Positions 60,532 through 64,000 of a stretch of DNA of 64,000 bases are shown here, in pieces. A program made the position numbers and the translations under genes. Positions within the stretch are counted from its first letter, which is position 1, and each line of letters starts with the position of its first letter. The stretch lies in NCBI RefSeq assembly GCF_009914755.1, contig NC_060936.1. One strand, given 5' to 3'. This stretch comes from the human T2T-CHM13v2.0 reference genome, Homo sapiens. The notes below the pieces were generated by a model that did no database searches, was not told where the DNA came from, and worked only from the letters and a program-made list of their open reading frames with translations.

Positions 60532-63136
60532 TTTGTTAGCCTGTTTTCACACTGCTATAAAGATACTGCCTCAGATTGGGTAATTTATAAAGACAGGTGG
60601 TTTGACTCACAGTTCTGCGTGACTTGGGAGGCCTCAGGAAATTTACAATCATGGCAGAAGGTAAAGGGGAAGCAAGGCATGTCCTACATGGCATCAGGCA
60701 AGAGACAGTGAGGAAGTGCCACACTTTAAAACCATCAGCTCCTGTGAGAACTCACTCACTATCACAAGAACAGCGTGGGGGAAACCATCCCCATGATCCA
60801 ATCACCTCCCACCAGGTACCTCCTTCGATACATGGGGATTACAATTTGAGATGAGATTTGGGTGGGGACACAGCCAAACCCTATCATTTTTTAAAATTTG
60901 AGACAGAGTCTCACTCTGTCACCCAGGCTGGAGCACAATGCCATGATCTCTGCTCACTGCAACCTCCGCCTCCCAGGCTCAAGCAATTCTCTTGCCTCAG
61001 CCTCCCAGGTATCTGGGATTACATGTGCCCACCACCATGCCCAGCTAATTTTTGTATTTTTAGTAGAGACAGGGTTTCACCATGTTGGCCAGGCTGATCT
61101 CAAACTCCTGACTTCAAATGACCCACCCGCCTCAGTCTCCAAAAGTGCTGGGATTACAGGCATGAGCCACCACGCCCAACCTCCTTTCACATTTCAAAAC
61201 CAATTACGCCTTCTCAGCAGTTCCCCAAAATCTTAACTCATTGCAGCATTAACTCAAAAGTCCAAGTCCAAAGTCTCATCTGAGACAAGGCAAGTCCCTT
61301 TCACCTATGAGCCTGTAAAATCAAAAGCAAGTTAGTTACTTCCAAGATACAATGCAGGTACAGGCATAGGGTAAATGTTCCCATTCCAAATGGGAGAAAT
61401 TGGCCAAAACAAAGGGGCCACAGGCCCATGCAAGTTGGAAGCCTGCCTGAAATCTTGAAGCTCCAAAATCTCCTTTGGCTCCATGTCTCACATCCAGGGC
61501 ACACTGATGCAAGTGGTGGGCTCCCACAGCCTTGGGCAGCTCTGTCCCTGTGGCTCTGCAGGGTAAAGCCCCCACAGCTGCTTTCACAAGCTGGCATTGA
61601 GTGCCTGTGGCTTTTCCAAGTGCACAGTGCAAGCTGTCAGTGGATCTACCATTCTGGGATCTGGAGGATGGTAACCCTCTTCTCACAGCTCCACTAGGCA
61701 ATGCCCCAGTGGGGACTCTGTGTGGAGGCTCCAACTCCACATTTCCCTTCTGCACTGCCATAGCAGAGATTCTCTATGAGGGCTCCACCCATGCAGCAGA
61801 CTTCTGCCTGGACATCCAGGCATTTCCATACATACTCTGAAATCTAGATGGAGGTTCCCAAAGCTCAGCTCTTGTCTTCTGTGCACCCATCGGCCCAACA
61901 TCATGTGGAAATTGCCAAGGCTTGGTTGGGGCTTGCACTCTCTGAAGGAATAGTCTGAGCTGTACCTTGGCCTCTTTTAGGCACAGCTGGAGCTGGAGTA
62001 TCTGGGACAGAGGACACCATGTCCTGAGGCTGCACACGGCAATGGGGCCCTGGGCCCAGCCCAAAAAAACATTTTACCCTCCTAGGCCTCTGGGCCCATG
62101 ATGGGAGGGGCTGTCTTGAAGATCTCTGACATTCTCTGGAGACATTTTCCCCATTGCCTTAGTGATTCTAAGACATTCGGCTTCTCCTTACTTATGCAAA
62201 TTTCTGCAACCAGTTGGAAATTCTCCCCCAGAAAATGGGTTTTTCTTTTATATCACACGGTCAGGCTGTAAATTTTCCAAACTTTTATGCTCTGCTTTTC
62301 TTTTAAACATACGTTCCAATTTCAAACCATCTCTGTGAGCTCATATAACTGTATGCTTTCAGGAAAAATCAGGTCACTTCTTAAATGCTTTGCTTCTTAG
62401 AAATTTCTTCTGCTAGATTCCCTAAATCATCTCTCTCAAGTTTAAAGTTCCACAGATCTCTAGGGCAGGGGAAAAATGCCTCCAATCTCTTTGCTAAAGC
62501 ATAGCAAGAGTGGCCTTTGCTCCAGTTCCCAATAAGCTCCTCATCTCCATCTGAAATCACTTCAGCCTGGACTTCATTGTCTATATCACTATCAGCATTT
62601 TAGCCAAAACCATTCAACAAGTCTCTAGGAAGTTCTAAACTTTTCCACATCTTTCTATCTTCTTCTGAGCCCTCCAAGCTATTCCAACCTCTGCCGGTTA
62701 TCCAGTTCCAAAGTTGCTTCCACATTCTCAGATATCTTTTAGCAATGTCCCACTACCTTGGTACCAATTCTGTGTATTAGTCTGTTTTCACACTGCTATA
62801 AAGACAGTACCTGAGACTGGGTAATTTATAAAGAAAGATCTAATTGGCTCACAGTTCCATATGGCTGGGGAGGTCTCAGAGAACTTATAATCATGGCAGA
62901 AGGTGAAGGGGAAGCAAACCACATCTTACATGCTGGCAAGTGAGAGACAGTGAGGAAATGCCACACTTTAAAACCATCAGCTTTCATGAGAACACACTCA
63001 TTATCACTAGAACAGCATGGGGAAAACAAACACCCCCGCCATGATCCAATCACTTCCCACCAGGTTCCTCCCTCAACACATGGGGATTGCAGTTTGAAAT
63101 AAGATTTGAATGGTGACACAGAGCCAAATCATATCA
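60532..63136 (-). mobile_element. Two-LTR THE1D-like MaLR retrotransposon (LTR 60532-60886, internal 61182-62772, LTR 62773-63136)
   Basis: Two ~360-bp direct-repeat LTRs flanking a ~1.6 kb THE1/MST internal region; near-TSD ATGAT/ATGGT; lacks the MSTA-specific LTR segment. Confidence 0.9.
60887..61181 (-). mobile_element. AluS (Sx/Sz-like) at the LTR/internal junction
   Basis: gagacagagtctcactctgtcacccaggctgg...ggattacaggcatgagccaccacgcccaacc; short tail, no TSD. Confidence 0.92.
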
Positions 63137-63490
63137 ATGGTGATGGTGATGATGATGGTGATGGTGATGATGGTGGTAATGATGGTGATGATACTGGTGA
63201 TGGTGATATTGATGGTGATAATGGTGATTTTGATGGTGATGATGATGGTGTTGTAATGGTAATGATGGTGATGGTGATGATTTTGGTAATGATGGTGATG
63301 ATGATAATGGTAATGTGGAGGTGATGATGGTGATGATTATGGTGATGGTGATAATGACGGTGATGGTGATGATAGTGGTGATGATGATCATGGTAATGTG
63401 GAGGTAATGGTGATGATTATGATGATGGCGATGATAGTGGTGATGATTATATTGATGGTGGTGATAATTATGTTGATGATGATGATCATG
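63137..63490. repeat. (GAT/GGT)n tract, right part
   Basis: Same motif as 59455-60531, resuming immediately after the LTR. Confidence 0.95.
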
Positions 63491-63544
63491 ACAGTATCAG
63501 CAAGGGAAGCAGGCACTGTAGTAGCAACCCAAATAAACATTGCA

Positions 63545-63740
63545 TGGGTTATTTTTACCAGACACTATTCTAGACACCTCACATATGTCAGGTCACTCAA
63601 TTGACACCACAACACCTGAGGTAAGTGCTCCTGATCTCCATTTGATAAATGAGAAGCTGAGGCACAGAGAAGTCAAGTCACCTCCCTAAGGGCACACAGG
63701 ATGTGGCAGTGCTGGGATTCAGAGCAGGCACCTCATCCCA
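63545..63740 (-). mobile_element. MIR SINE
   Basis: ccatttgataaatgagaagctgaggcacagagaagtcaagtcac...tgggattcagagcagg. Confidence 0.75.
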
Positions 63741-63779
63741 GAATCAGTGGACTCAGAAACAATGCCCTGAGCTAATAGG

Positions 63780-64000
63780 TAAATGCTTTCAGTGACAGTA
63801 ACAAGTGTCATGAAGACCATTAAGAGGGTGATGTGAGTGTGCCTTGGGGTGAGGAGGCTGCATTCAATGAGAGGTCAAGGAAGGCCTCTCTGAGTAAACA
63901 CTGGTTGGAGATAGGAAGGATGAGGGTTGTGAGAAGTGTTCAGCCAGGTGTCACAGCAAGTGCAAAGGCCCTGGGGTGGAGTGAGCTTGGAGCATTCAAG
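63780..64000 (-). mobile_element. L2 fragment
   Basis: ggtcaaggaaggcctctctgag...cagcaagtgcaaaggccctggggtgggagtgagcttgg. Confidence 0.65.

Overview
Primate (very probably human) non-coding genomic DNA: GC-rich, repeat-dense and minisatellite-rich. I recognise no intact host protein-coding exon or RNA gene, and the chromosomal location cannot be established from the sequence alone. The most striking structure is a rearranged, defective HERV9/ERV9 provirus. Its leader-gag-pro-RT-RNaseH lies on + (1-~3991) and stops abruptly. Next come ~1.84 kb of non-retroviral DNA, then the 3' LTR12, PPT, env and integrase C-terminal tail on the opposite strand (5829-~8676). The simplest explanation is a ~4.7 kb inversion of env + 3' LTR + downstream flank with loss of the integrase core. 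The rest contains solo LTRs (an LTR15-like one carrying a young AluYd/Yc3-type insertion, MSTA, a MER41 with three GAS motifs, MLT1/MST), a nested L1 stack, a two-LTR THE1D-like MaLR inserted into a (GAT/GGT)n tract, and MIR/L2/MER5/MER58 relics. There are also about seven minisatellites (18, 23, 40, 41-45, 53/54, 55-58 and 60 bp units) and several AT-rich islands that look like developmental enhancers. The long ORFs in the track are artefacts of tandem repeats. I found no evidence for a new protein-coding system; the findings are structural and regulatory hypotheses. Repeat subfamily names come from recalled consensus similarity and need RepeatMasker/Dfam confirmation.
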